Positions 23,696 to 37,670 of a stretch of DNA of 64,000 bases are shown here, piece by piece. Numbering within the stretch: the stretch's first letter is position 1; each line of letters starts with the position of its first letter. Origin of the DNA: Lobosporangium transversale. Lineage: Eukaryota. Location of the stretch: positions 434,001 through 498,000 of the forward strand of contig NW_019028988.1 in assembly GCF_002105155.1 (NCBI RefSeq), read 5' to 3'. A program made the translations under genes and the position numbers. Below the pieces are notes generated by a model. It saw nothing but the letters and a program-made list of their open reading frames with translations. It was not told where the DNA came from and searched no databases.

Positions 23696-25966
23696 AAGAA
23701 AGAAAGAAAAGACATTAAAATAAAAGCATGGCACAAAGATAGAGTCGCATAGCTAATTAGAAAAAAAAAAATACCTGCTCGGGGTTCAACTACGTTGGCC
23801 TCTACTGTCAGATTCATGGTTTCAATGATAGTGCAAATTGAGGATGCATATAGCTCTACAGAGCCAAGTAGAGTTGCCAAGAATGGGATCAGTACCTCAG
23901 CATAGCCTGCCGCATCATAAGCGCAAATGTCTCTAGAATCAAGCATGATAGCAAACGAAGAGGCGGTTGAGTTGATATATGTCCTGAAAACATATGTATA
24001 TTCATTTGTTCTTTTCTTCTTCCTTTCCCTATCATTCCTTTCATTCCTCCTTTTCTCCTTACCTGATCGTAGTGAGGACAGCAACCTCCATGTCATATTC
24101 AGGCTCACCCTTGAACGGAGTCTTGAGAAGCCGTGACCGACTCTCGACCCAGCCGTGGATAACATGACGCAATGTCTTCCAAATACGTGGTTGCCTTTTC
24201 CAGATCAGAAACAAGATCCTGATACCGACTGCTCCCATATGTGAGTGCACAAACTTTGACCCCGTTGGCGCATTAGGGACACCATTGATAAGCGTCAAAA
24301 TGGTTCGAAGAACCTTCGCAGTCACTACCTCGTCTTTAGAAGTAACGAGAGAAGGAATTGCTTCTTGTAATAAATACAGCTTGACCAAAGGTGAAGGATC
24401 TACTCGCAGTACATAAATGAATAAAACCAGTGTCACCAACCGCCCTTCTCCCATTTGAGCCTGTTGTGCTGCAGCAAGGGTTCGTACATTTTCGTTCGGA
24501 TGAAACATGAAGCTGGTAAAGACTAGGCTAGATAGTGTACTGTCATCTTTCAGCGTGAGTTGGAATGGTTCATCCTGTTGCTCCTTCCCTAGTTCCCATA
24601 TCCGACAAAGATGGGCGACTTCAGCTTGTATCATGGCTGCAACACCAGAGGTTATCTGCGATAATGGCGTAGAAGTAGATGAGGAAGATGAGGGAGGGTA
24701 GTGACCCTGAACTTCCTCATCAGATACTGTTGTTCTGGGAATGGTCTCCAGTCTTTGCAGGATATCGGAGCATTTCTTGATGACACCCTCAATCTGTGAC
24801 TCGCTCATGACTTGGAAAATGGATAAGAATGCCATGCTGGCGATTACAGCCTTTGTCTGATGATTCTCCGTTGTTGTTATAACAACATGCATCCAGTCCA
24901 CGACAATTGTTTGTTCATCTACTGTAGGTGAGTTCATCAACAAAAACGAGAGTAAAGGCCAAATTACATCAAAGGGAAGAGTTGGGGCATGATATCCTTT
25001 CCTGTTTTTAAAAAGCTTCTGAGCTGTCTGTAACAATTGAAGCGTAGGCAACCCAAATCGTCTCAAATCAGCTGTCCATGATAGAATGGTCAATAAGAGC
25101 TGACTTCCTAAGACTGATTTATATTCATCAGAGAGTGATAATTGTGCTGAAGGAAGGCTGTAAAAATCAACCAAAATGCTAATGATGGTCTGTAATCCTG
25201 TGCTCAGCTGAAATCGGTCCAGAGGAAAACGACTTGGGATAGAGCAGAGGTAATCGAAAAGTTTGACAATGAACAGTTCCAACTCATGATCGAGTAGACA
25301 TGCGTTCAATGTTTTAGAAATCCATAAAATCGCAGTGCTGGCGACCATGGATGCCCTACACTCTCGATCCAGCAAAACGAAGTCTAGAAACGGTGATAAG
25401 ATCTCAAGAGCGGCGATGCGATATGAAGTCGAATCTGACTTGTAATCCATGATCTTGTCCATCTCAGCAAACAGAATAGCCTCAACATTGGTCTTTGTGG
25501 TGATTAATGCAATAAATGGGTGCCGATTATTCTTGATGGCAAAAACATTCTTGCTGATATTCAGAGATGTTGATGACAACGGTGGCGACGATAATGAAAT
25601 GGTATTGGCAATATCCACTGAGAAAGCTTCGGCAGCAGCAATACAAAGTCTGCTTATCGCGTGTACAATATTAGAAAGGGCCTGTCCTTGAGCTGTGGCC
25701 AATGCATTCTCGAATCCTTCAAAAGCATCGTTCCAATCAAGTGAGCGTTTCAGCGTCAAGTCAACAATGTATGTCGCAGCAAGCGAAGATGTATGAGACA
25801 CAGGGGATGCGCATTGCGACCACAATTGTGCAAGGGCCAATTTGTGGCCACTGCTGCCACTATTGCTGCCGCTGTTGCTTTTATTATTATTACTAATGTT
25901 ATTAGCGTTGCTTAATTGCGCGTTTAGAGTTACGAGCTTTTGCACAGTAACGGAGCGGTGAATCAT
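19139..25966 (-). CDS. Focadhesin/RST1-like (DUF3730) ARM-repeat protein (multi-exon)
   Basis: Roughly 2000-aa helical protein. LAQLWSQC near the N-terminus, MEVAVLTTIR|DIC, VEPRA|AW, EVQFAVLVSL and LPAVNWFPLL recall focadhesin/RST1 conserved blocks (recalled, not searched). Confidence 0.7.
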
Positions 25967-26510
25967 GGCAGATCTTGTTTCTGTTGTTGTAGACGGTGTG
26001 TTCTGTCTTCTTGATCTTGGAGAGGTATTGCATTCTTTCTCTTTTAAACTGTGTCTACGACAAGACCCTTAAGGCATGTATCAGTATGACAATGAGCATT
26101 CCTTTGGACGTGCTTCTAGCTCTGTGGACGCAGAAACTATGGTTGGTGCGGAATATCTAAATATTCATGGCCATTATTAGCATCGCTGTTGGCATAGATG
26201 AGTTGCTTGTTGCTCGCTGTCGAGTGCAAGCCTAAGCACGCGTTTAATGTAAAATTTCCAAGATGGCAGATAGTCTTTCTTGCAATATCGACAACCACTA
26301 GACTCTAATCCAGTCAGTACTTAAACGCCAAGCCACGGAAGGCTACAAAGGGTTGAAAGAATAGGTTCACGAATCTTGGACAAATGTTTACAGCTGTATT
26401 ATATATCTTTCACCCTACTTCGAGTACTAAGATAATGCAAGCTTGAAAAGCATTTCCCGACACGGGATAGAGTTACATTATAAGTGAAGGATCCATTGGC
26501 AGATTTTTTC

Positions 26511-26541
<31 letters not shown>

Positions 26542-26959
26542 AGCCAGGAATAAAACTCTTCAGGAATTGTCGTCCAAACGAAACACAGTGCGGTGTGTCA
26601 TGTCTAGCTCGGCGGTCAATCAACTTGCTAATAAGCCTGCGTAAGTGGCTTCATCCAAATCAATAATTTAGCTCATTAAATAGGCATCATTGCATGACAA
26701 GGAGCTTAATCAGCTATGCCATGTCGTGATAGGAATAAACCAAGAGTTGCAAAAGAAAAGGGGAGCACTTTTATCTCCCCTGTTATGAGATTTATAGATC
26801 AGGTGGAAGATGTTCAAATAGATGCAGCACCTCTGCCAACAAGACTTGTACTAGGCCGAAGCAAGCCTCAGGCACGACGCGTAGGTGAATTTAGAAATAT
26901 TACAGCTAGCAACTTTATGAAATAAAACCATTGGAGTACAAATTGCACTTATTGATTTC

Positions 26960-28610
26960 AATATCTTCTAGATCGAATTCGATATAGTCGTAAATATGCA
27001 CTTACATGCTCTAGGGGCCTATAATGGCCTGGCTGTCATCAGAGGATTGATCGAAGTCCAAGTGTCTGGTTTTGAATGCTTCAATTCGTCCTCCGTGGGG
27101 CAACTTTGTAATATCTTCGCACTAGAGGTCCCTGATAGGCTTCGTAACTCGTTTCACCTCGGGTTTTGTATTACCGAATATGCCATTTTCCCTTAGAGAC
27201 GTCAGTGCATCTTTGATATCTTTCTCGGCCGGCACGGACTGATAGTGACTATTATTTCGAGCTGTCCTATACTCTAGTTCTAGTTGTGCTGCAACATCTC
27301 TAAATATCTCTATCGACCCTTTACTTCCTTTTGCGACGTGGACAACCTTAATAAACAGATTGCTGTACCCTTGATACAAATCTGCAGGTATCCATCACTT
27401 TGGCTCGTCATGAATATTTATCAACATCGACGACCTAGTAGTATGCTTAGTCCGTTGAGATGCATGATGAATCCCACAGTGTAAGTGTAGAAGGCCGTTA
27501 GTATGACTTTTGGCGCACCCTGCCTGAAGCTTGAACGTATGCCGCTTTTAGGACTTCTTCAATTCGTCCTATTCGCCTACCTTGATAGCCAATGAAAGGT
27601 CAATATAAAGCATCGCGTCTCGAAGGAACAAGCTGTATTTCTTGAAAGCCTTAAAATGCTCAGTAGTTGAAATATACTCTCGCGTGATATCGCCGGCCAA
27701 TGTGGCGAAGTTTGTGTCAATTCCTACTTCTTTGCCTTCGTCGTCGCCTCCCAACTCTTTGTCCCACGCTCTCAACACAACTGCCTCAAAAACATGCCTT
27801 GCAAAATCATGTATAGCATTAAAGTTAAATTTTTCGAGGGAGATCTTCCGTTTCAGATTACTTGCGTAGTAGGCAAGCGGGCCTGCAGTCTTGATCGAGC
27901 CGTGACGGTTGCAAAGAATTAGGCTGCAGAGCAGCATCTGAAGATGGAATAATTGGATTACGTGAATTACTCATGCCAATCTATCATAGATATTGTCGTG
28001 ATCATGACGATATTCCTGTAACTTGCGAAGCTTGGTTATTGCTGATTGATCTCCAGCGATAAGGATACATCGCTTTTTACTAAAGTAGCTGGGCGGTAAC
28101 TTGAGTGTATGTCCAACGATGGTTTCTAGCACTTCCTTATTTCCCTATGGTTAACTCATCGATATCCATTGATGGTAGAGGAAATGTCTCCAATTCCTTG
28201 ACTTCGATGCAATCAATAACGGGTGCGTCGTTTCTCATGTCTCTAGCTCCTTTCTTGTAGTCTCGCTTTAGAAATGCTAGTAAGCGAAATTGGCACACAA
28301 TGTCGAAATGGTGGTCACTTGAAGGTTGAATCAAAAGATCTTTGAGACAAAGTTTTTGATACAGAGCATGTCGATCATCATCCGCTGGGTGTCCAGTGAC
28401 CAAGATAGTCGTAGTTCCATTTCCGATCCCGCTTCTGTTGTCTAGACGTGTGTCATTTGTGATGCGATAGATGTTGAAGTTGTCATAGATGCCTGTGTAG
28501 GACTGTCGTAACTTTATTCCCTGGCCTGTGGCTTATATGCAAGACGCACGAACCCCTGCCCGAGACTTTCCAAGTCGAAAAAGAACCGGAGCACCATAAC
28601 ATGTCCTTTC
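26960..28610 (-). pseudogene. Decayed DUF6589-type (transposase-like) gene relic
   Basis: Fragments in order: IYDNFNI...NGTTTILV, FPLPSMDIDE, AGDQSA, QLFHLQM, LFLRDAMLYIDLSLAIKVG, GRIEEVLK, LIN...WIPADLYQ. Broken by frameshifts and stops; no introns. Confidence 0.7.
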
Positions 28611-28931
28611 CATATTTTATTGTAGTCTTCATTCTGACCACTTCACTCGATTAAAATTACACTCTCCTGCAGCCTTCATCGTCAGAACCAAAAGAAAAAT
28701 TAGTCGACTTAAAAAGTAACAGAGCCAACATGTTCAACTAAAGATGTGGTGTGTAACTGTAAGATTTTGTTTGGTCACGACCTGTGTCTTCGATCAGGCA
28801 TCGATATAATTTCCTTATTGGGATAAGTGCGTGTCACAGAGTTTTTTAAGAAGAGTCCTCTTTCATTCTTTCGCATCATTTATTCCAGAGATTCATTCAA
28901 CACTACTAAATCTCAAAGCATACAATACATC

Positions 28932-29920
28932 ATGTCTACTACAGGATCAACACCACCTGACGCACCTGTCGTTTCAAAGATTACTGATGAAATCAAGAAG
29001 GAGGTTAAGGAAGAAGTTAAAGAGCTGGAGCGAGGTGAAATCGATACTGTCGAGACTCCTGCTCGTTACCTCGCTTACCTTGGACGTTATAGAAACCTCT
29101 TCATCGCCTCCTCTCGCTACCTTGCTTATTCTTCTGATGTTGGCGAAGCATTCCGCCCTGTTACTTCGCCATTCTTTGTGAATGCCATGTATGGAGGTAA
29201 TAAAAAATACAAATCAAACTTCGGAAACAGTGATGATTTGATTCCAAAATTATGATCTGCTTCTGTTTCGCTATTCGTTATTAATTCTTCTCAATATGTC
29301 TGTCGTGCGTTTCGGCAATAGTTTCCTTCGCATATGTTGGATTCGATGTTGCGTATGAAGGATATAAGGCCAAAATTGCTGGGGCACCGACGGATGTTGT
29401 TGGAATGACGGTAATTGCTCGTCATATTTAATTGTTCTCGAAAAAAAAAAAATAGTTTACGGTGATTGAACTTTTTTTTTTTCTTTCACATAAAATAGGT
29501 TTTGAAGCGTGGTATTTTCCAGGGACTTGCAAGTTTACTCATGGTAACAAATTGTGATCACATCTATTCTTCTATCCTTTATCAGACAGAGGTTACAGCT
29601 CTTTTTAACTTTTTTTATATTAAATTATATTAACAAACATACAGCCCGCAATCACTATTCACACTGTTGTCCATCAATCTGCAAGACTCTTCAAGAACAG
29701 CGCTAACATTACGCTTAAGAAATGGGGACCCACGGCTATTGGTCTTTGTGTCGTTCCTGCATTGCCCATCATGTTTGACCACCCTATTGAGACCGCTGTC
29801 GACAAAGTCTTTGAGAAGCTGGAGGGTGGTGGCGGAAAGACATTACCTATGAATCCAATCGAGAAGGAGAAGGTTTTGGAAGCTGTTGTCAATAAGGAGA
29901 ACAAGGAAAAGGTTGAGTAA
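28932..29920 (+). CDS. MTFP1: Mitochondrial fission process protein MTFP1/MTP18 (multi-exon)
   Basis: RYLAYSSDVGEAFRPV, FQGLASLLM|PAITIHTVV, WGPTAIGLCVVPALPIMFDHPIETAVD. Confidence 0.88.
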
Positions 29921-30182
29921 AGGAAAAACTCTTTCCCTTGGTTTTAACACAGCTATGATCCATGATAATATCATAATATCGACATACATTTATTGCATTT
30001 ATCCATCCATTGATTAAAGGATTTCATAGAACAAACGCAACAAGCAAAACAGAAGCCTTATCAATATAGAAATTTTTTATTTTTTATCCCATGGCGAACA
30101 CTTGCCAGAATGGTTGTTTCTTGAATGCTATGCTTGGATAATATGATATTACTATGACATAAAAGTGATTATTGATAGTGCA

Positions 30183-30962
30183 TTAGCAGGTAGTGGAGTT
30201 ACTCCACTTACCCTGGACAAAGATGGGCCACATATTATTAGTAGTGATCCCAGCATTGTATGTCTGGAAAGTATAGTTATTGGCAGGGTCCAAGGTCTTG
30301 AGGATAGGGCCCACCAAGTTGGAGAAGTAGGTCAACCAGGCAACGTCCACCAGGTCACCATCCGCCAATCCCGAGGGCAAGGGAGAAGAGACATAGTTGG
30401 GTGTGGGGACATAGGGAATAGCACTGTGTGGCCAGTCATCGCCACCATATCCATAATCATCCTTAGTCACATAACCGGGAGTTAAAGTTGAGTTGTTATC
30501 GCCAAGAGCAGGGATACCAAAAGGATCATCAGCACGCTTCTGGAAGGGAGCTTTGTTCAACGCATTCAAAACGTTCTTTGCAACCTTATATGGAACCGTT
30601 GTATAAACAAAGTCATTATAAAAAGGCGAGACAATATAGGTATCATCAACAGTGAATTCTCCCTTGAAAACATCAAAGCGTTGGCTACCAGAGTTGATGA
30701 TGATCACACTAGGGTAAGGACGCTTCTTATCAGTGACGGAGAAGGGTAGGATATCGTTCACGACTAGATTCAAAAGCGAGCGGCTGTCGGTGTAAGGGTA
30801 GCGGTTCAGATAATAGTCCTGAGGAGCGCATCCTAAAACTTTTGTCAGACCAAGGGCCTTGCGCTGCTTGGTCACCTCACTGCTGATCTTGCGACCTCTC
30901 CACGTATCAAAGCGCTGCCTCGGATGAGCAAGCGAATGGGTCTTGTAGGTATGAACGTTGGT

Positions 30963-31002
<40 letters not shown>

Positions 31003-32204
31003 GGTGGTGGTGTCAACAATTAATGCCTACATGACTATAACTCATACAGCTGGCTATGTGGAATATATGAAAAGTAAAGACTTACCAAGGTAACGGCGGG
31101 AAACAGTCAAGTTCTTGCCAATGCAATTGCTCTCAACGCGGCAGGAGCGATCGTGAATACCCGAGACGGACATCCAACCAAGAGTCTCCATGAAACGACC
31201 TGCAGAGAGGCCATAAGCACGGCCATCGTACGAAGTAAAATCACGAATGTGTAAGTGACCCCCAAAGACAAGAATAGGCTTGGAAGGATGAACAGCACGG
31301 ATAGCCTTGACAACTGTCTGAGCCTCCGACCAACGGACGGGAACATGTCCAACCACAAGGTATACATCCACATCCTCTTTTAATGACTTTTGGAACCATG
31401 GGAGAGTCACAGTGACGTTGGCGGGCTCGACTACTGTGTTGTTGGCTCCACCTTTGAAATTGTAGAGGAAACCATAGCTCATCACGCGGGCTTGAAAGGT
31501 GAAGGGGAAAAAATCAGTTACTACCTGTTAATATAAGAAACAAGGAAAATAAAATAAAATAGGCTACCTACTTCCAAACCTCATGCGGAACTTGTTGTAA
31601 AGGTTCCCAAAGGGAACAGTCTTGTTTGAATGGGAATCCTTAAAAAAGACATTGGAGGTCAAGTACTTCTTGCCCCATTTAGGTGCAAAGTTGCGAAACA
31701 CGTTTTCCGCCACATCATTTTCGTACATCTCGTGGTTACCAATTGCCAAAGCATCGTAGTTAATCTTTTGGAAAATAGGGTTCGAGATCTGACCGTTGAC
31801 AGGTGTAGCATCCGCCAGGCCGTTACCATCATGCAAATCTCCTGAATCCACTACCAACAGGTCCTTGCGGCGATAATAGGCCTGTTCGCGCATGTGCGAC
31901 AAGAATGAGGCAAAGTCACCAAAGTCTGCAGAGTAAGAGTTCTCCTTGACATGACTATATTATTAAATATGTAAATGGTTAACATCCCTGACTTTGCTTA
32001 ACTCAATACAGTTAAAAAAAATGATGCTTACCCAGCCAACCAACCGTGAGTATCAGTGGTAGATATGACATTCAATTCACCCCACTCTAAGGGACGGAGG
32101 TTAGCAGGGTCGGGATGGGAGACACCTGGTTGAGATCTCTTCTCAAAATGCTCGACATGAGCAGTGGCCACAGCCAACAGAGGTAATAGGATCAAAAGGC
32201 GCAT
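30183..32204 (-). CDS. Secreted calcineurin-like metallophosphoesterase / 5'-nucleotidase (YHR202W-like), multi-exon
   Basis: Signal peptide [15 protein letters not shown]; motifs [27 protein letters not shown] and FGGHLHIRD. Confidence 0.88.
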
Positions 32205-33149
32205 GCTTATAGTGAAAAGGTATTAAACTAAAGGGAGTTAGGAATGGGTGAGGCAAAGGAAGGGGAGAAAGAGGATGGGGGAAGGAAGGGTGTTGATGGT
32301 GGTGGGAGGGATACGTACCAACAAACAGATAAGCGTCGAGAAGTGGTTTGTCTGTACCTTTATATTTTTCTCAATGTTGAGAGCAAGATAACAGCACAAT
32401 TACAACGTCTGCCATAACGATGGCTGGCTTCTTTAACATTCTTACTTTTATCACCCAAGCTCATGTACTGTGTCCCATGGAATCGTCTGCTGTTGTGCAC
32501 GTTCTCGTGCTTACCATGTCATGGGCTCCTTCTGCACAAACCCAGTCATCCAATAGGGTGACTTCAAGCAGAGCCCTCATGTGGGTCCCTGTTCCTATAC
32601 ATCGTGCAACTATTGAAGGGAAATATGCACGACCCATTTTACCCATCCAATGCTCCAATTCTTAAGTTGTACCTCAACAAAAGCGTATTTGAGAGCCGTT
32701 TTTTTTTTTTTTTTTTTTTTTTTAATAGGACATGTCGGTATAAACATGCCATTTCCAATCTTACTGTAAAATGTGCAGTAGAGATCTTCTGAAAGGAATG
32801 AACAAAAGCTAGCTGATAACTTTTAAGACATACGAATATAGGAGTGCATATGCAATATCCCTTCTTTTATTTTTTTTTATTTTTTTTTGGAGTAAGCTCA
32901 CATTGTTCGTTACTTCACAAAAAAAAGTTTACATCCAAGAATGTAACACATAATTAATTATGAAATGGACTTGTTATGGGTGGAGGACATGGAAGCCAAT
33001 CATTTTTTATGTTTTGATCTGATGGGAAATGCATAGGCCAATCAAAAGTGCTCTTCTTGATGCGTGATCCCAGGGGTTCTTGTGCGATCATTTTTTCGTC
33101 AACATGACAAATAGCAGCATCGTACATAAGCTGCAACTGTGTGGCTCCA

Positions 33150-34230
33150 TTTTAATTGGTGTAGCCTGTTCGTCAAGAATACTTTAAAAAATGTATTTTT
33201 GCCATTTATAGCTTTTTTTTCTGCCATTGATTGCTCGTAGTGCACTGAACTGGATTGTCACCAACGTGCTTCTCTTTTCAATGCTCGATTCTTTAATTTT
33301 ATGCGGCATCATCAGAGCGCGTGGCCCACAAGTGCAACTACCATGGGTTACTCTCATTAGAGGACTTTTACAAAATGCTAACAGAATTTCATTTGAATTC
33401 GACGGCATAATTACGGTTAGACGCATCGAGAAAGCAAGCTCTGTCATAGAGATTACGCTACACCGGATTGGTGGCAATTTCAATTCCTTTGAATATTGCA
33501 TGAAGTTTGTTCTACATAGATGGTCAGCTAATCAGATGCTGTTGCTAAGGATAAACTTTCTGTTCCGGACACATTCGTATTCAACAGCTAATCGATGAAA
33601 ACGCCTGTGAAAGGGAGAACTTTCGCATCCGATGTTTGGAAGGTTGACAGCCCAATGTGGGTGTTACAATTGATAGCGCACCCATGATGAGAAATCCCCT
33701 CCCCTTCACTCTAATTGCACACATGATATACAACTGTTCTATATGCTTGAAAACAAGTATCATAACTTGGCGACGTTACTTCATCCCAAGTCCAAGAGAG
33801 GAAGATCTTAATGAGAATGTAAGAAGGAGCCCTTTCGATGCGTATGCCATTAGTCATGCTTCTGGATGCCATTACTAGATGAAGCAGCGCTCTGTCAATA
33901 CTCAAGAGGCCCCTTGAGCTCAGATTAGCCATTGAAGTTTTGGTATTTGACAAAACCACAGCTTCAAATCAAGAAGATAAAGCCAATAAAAGAAGCCATG
34001 AGTGGAATCAGATTGAAGAGCTGATAAAGACAATGGAACTCAGTGACGCCGTAACTTTTGCTTTTAGCTCTTCAATCAGCAGCTAGGCCGTAACTGTCAC
34101 TCTCCTGGATACAGGTGTATCAAAATTGTTTACTACAATACCAGCAGTTAGCATCCAGTTTGACCGCGGAGCTCAGGCAATACCTCTATACTACAGACGA
34201 GCAGCTTGTAAACAAGCATCTCACCCATTA
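33150..34230 (-). pseudogene. Possible decayed intronless ORF of a multicopy family
   Basis: The frame of ORF 33711-33959 continues past isolated stops (...SDAKVLPFTGVFID*LLNT...TESLSLATASD*) and a later fragment reads YAVEFK*NSVS. Composition is coding-like in otherwise AT-rich intergenic DNA. Confidence 0.3.
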
Positions 34231-35451
34231 TTCAAAGCTTTCTAGCTCCAGGATGATAAAGATGGAGTCAACCTGAAATAATGCTTTAAAGCAGAATGAA
34301 AAATAAGTACACACTAATTCATGTTTGTTCTTAATTAGACACATAGGCTCATGCGTTTGTGTATTTCCCGTGGAAGGCTGTGTTGCTGCATAAAGTGAGC
34401 TTTCTATTTGCATGCATGATATTAAAAGCGCGCCATTAATGCAGTCAATTTCTACGATGTTGTCAGGCGACTGTTATTCTACGAAAGGAAAGCGTAGTCC
34501 CGTACACTCGACATGTCGAAAAGGGCAAAAAAGGCTTGTTGAGGCAGACGCTCTAGGTAAACCACGATTTAGGCGCGCCCACTGTCACACCATAGTGGTC
34601 ATTCTCACTTACATACTCCCGCTTCCATTTTTTTTTTTTGCCCACACTGATACCATCAATCTTGAATCTACCCATATTTTATGAGTATTAAGCTTCGGTT
34701 TGCCTTAGATACATACCATAATGAATTAGGGGGCTTTGTTACCAGAAGGACTTAGCACAAGTCAATAAAACTATCACACAATGCTTCAGGCCACAAGCTT
34801 GTTCGACCGAGCTTCATTAGAAACATAGTATGCTACTGCAAAAAACTAGGAAAAGAAAGGAAAAACAGACCATCAGCCAAAGTGACCTGAAAGTTCTACA
34901 TGGATGATCTTTTTAGTTACCCCAGTTGTCACTAAATTGTAAGTCTCATGAAGGTACGACCGAACCATCTTGCTGCACGGCTTTTGTAGCGCGATCGAGA
35001 GCAATCATCTTCTCCCATACTACCACACTGCTTGTAGTTATACTAATAATAATATATATGTATATAGGGGAGATGTGTATCATGAATGTAGGTTTTAGAA
35101 TATAACGTTGGTATGCTTGATTCCTTTTGACTACCATTTATCCCTTCTCTCATTCATCATGCAGTCAACGCCTTTTTTTTATTTTTTTATTTTTTCCTAT
35201 TCTTTATTTTTTTTTTATTTTTTTTATTTCTTCTTTTATTTATTTATTTATCTTTGTCTTTGATCAGTGGCCCATCACAGTCATCTATTTCCCTCCTCTA
35301 GACATCCAACTCACTCAACCCTGCTCACTTCCTTCTCTTCTTCACTCTCCCTCTTCCATCCATCTGACGGATTGCTTAGCAATATCCACTGGTATATTAA
35401 AAGAACTAGGGATATCGTTGTTCTTTTGTTCAATAGCTCTCTCTTTGCACT

Positions 35452-37109
35452 ATGGGACAGCTCCATAACCTTTCTTTACACTCCCCTCATGCACGCTTTT
35501 CTCTGTATCAACAGCGTGAGGTCACTCATATCCAACACAGTGACCTATATTATCATCCAACCTGTTCAGCTCTTCCGAACGCAGGCATGTTAGAAACTAG
35601 TATGGATATTGGCGCTGGCAGCTCTGTGGTGTTCAGTGTGAACCCACCTTCACCCCTTGAATCTGACCTATGCCCTGACGAGCAAGAATCAATCCTAAAG
35701 ACTTGGAACGCTGGTGATAACAGCAGTCCAAATGCAGTCCCTGGGTTGATTCCGGGAGGCCATGGAAATGAGACAGGAATACATGCCCAGCTCCAGTCTA
35801 AGCTTATGGATCACGGTACAAGGGCGTTGATTATCATGCCAAGCACTTCGAGCGAGGGTAGTCACAGCAATGCTGAAGTTGTAAGGCCTAGCAGCAGCCT
35901 TAGGGCCACGAGCAACCCAGGCAGAGCTGAACCCTCTGGAAAGAAAGCCACCGGTGGAGGAGTTGCTCGAAGATCAGTCTCTCGCGAGACACATCGAAAG
36001 TCTGAGCTTTACAAGACCGAGCTGTGCGTTTCGGTTCATTCTGGTGTTCCATGCAAGTAAGTGTATTAAACACCCTCCATGTAGCTGCGCTACAGTGACA
36101 ATATTGCACCCGAGCAATGTTTGTATAAAGCGCTTGTATTCAAGTACATAAAATTAATGTCCTTTGTGCATGAATGCCTAATTCTCTCAATAGATACGGT
36201 GACAACTGCCAGTTTGCACACAGCACCGAGGAACTTCAATACGTGACCCGGCACCCGCGCTACAAGACCCAATTTTGCACTAGCTTTCAGAGCCAGGGCT
36301 ACTGTAAATACAATGACCGGTGCACTTTCATTCATCATCCGGAAGAGGCACGTGTGCCTATTTCAAGTTTTACTAAGAAGAGAAGTAGCGGATTCTCTGC
36401 TACACCAGCTTCCACAGCCTCTAGCCCTACCATTACTCGCCTCGTACCTAAAGCGCCAGTGACGCCAGCTACAGCTATTTCTTCAGGTGAAGCAAAGCCC
36501 AACGAACGAATCCGAGCTCTTTCGGATCCTGGCCATGCTCCCACAAACTTTCCAAAGTTGGCACATTGCGCGAGAACAAGTGATTTGGCTGCTACAAGCA
36601 TCGCACCCACGGGGCCATTTATGTTTGATACATCCCTACGCGGCTCTTTGTCTTTGCCCACTGGTGGATTCGGTGTGCTTATGACGATAGAGGGTCAAAC
36701 AGAACACTTTAAAGCTACACATACAACCCTACAAGCATCAACTGTATCTCAACAACAACAGATGTCCATCAGTGGTTACGCAATAGAGCCGATCAGCACT
36801 GCCGCTGCGACACTTGAATATCATCGCGGCACCTCGGGGTATGCGGCGGCAGAAGACTATGAGACAGTTTCGGCCCTATCCTTTTTTGGCCACGCTCCAA
36901 AATATAGTCAGAGTGAGACCCCACTCTCCCTCAATACAAGGGCGCCCAATCCAATGACGACTGTGGCAACGCCGGCAATCTGGGGAAACCCACTTTCACA
37001 AGAGCCATCCAATCCTTGGCGCACAATGTCTGAGATGGACAGTGATGAGGAGTGGGCCTCCAAGTTGGCATTCTACATTTCGACTCCGCAGAATGATTTT
37101 GAGATATGA
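35452..37109 (+). CDS. Tandem CCCH zinc-finger mRNA-decay protein (TTP/Tis11/Cth2/Zfs1 family); intron 36057-36193; start codon uncertain
   Basis: LYKTELC-x8-C|KYGDNCQFAH and HPRYKTQFC-x8-CKYNDRCTFIH. Confidence 0.88.
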
Positions 37110-37670
37110 GATACTTTTTCTTTCGATAACCTTCACTCACCAAAGGGAAGCTCTAAAGCTTATAAGATCTCTATATTGAACCTGCGTCTTTTATTTTTAT
37201 TTTTTTTTTATCGAAATCTTTCTTCCTTTTTTTATATTTGGTTCGGTCAACGATGTCCATGAAACAAACAAAGAAAAAAAGGGCCTACATTTCCACAGAC
37301 TATTGGGACTCGAGACTTGAACCTTCACTGTATCTATTTCGTCTTTTTGAACAGAAAAGCACTATATATTCGTTTCGTATATTCATTATTCTGATCGAGC
37401 TTGCGTTTATTGCACAAGAATAAAGAATTTCGAGTTGTTTAAAATTGGGATTTACGATTATTGCTCTTGTTATCACGTGTAGTTCACAGAATGGTCATTC
37501 ACAATGAACGAGCAAGTCAAAAAGAGCTCAAGTCAGTCACAATTTGCCACCATTTTTTTTTTTTTATAAAAAAACGCGGCAAGAATGTTACCACCTCTTT
37601 TATCTCAATTATTTTCTTTTGCTAAATCTCCCATCCTTTCTTTACATTCAATTGCCTCAAGCATTCAGCC

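Noticed and set aside
28765..28783. TTTTGTTTGGTCACGAC resembling the 3124-3313 TIR, as an end of the DUF6589 relic
   Set aside because: Short, wrong orientation for a right terminus, and no partner found on the other side.
35236..35250. TTATTTATTTATTTA as an autoregulatory AU-rich element for the TTP-like gene
   Set aside because: It lies upstream of the CDS in a T-rich tract, not in the 3' UTR.
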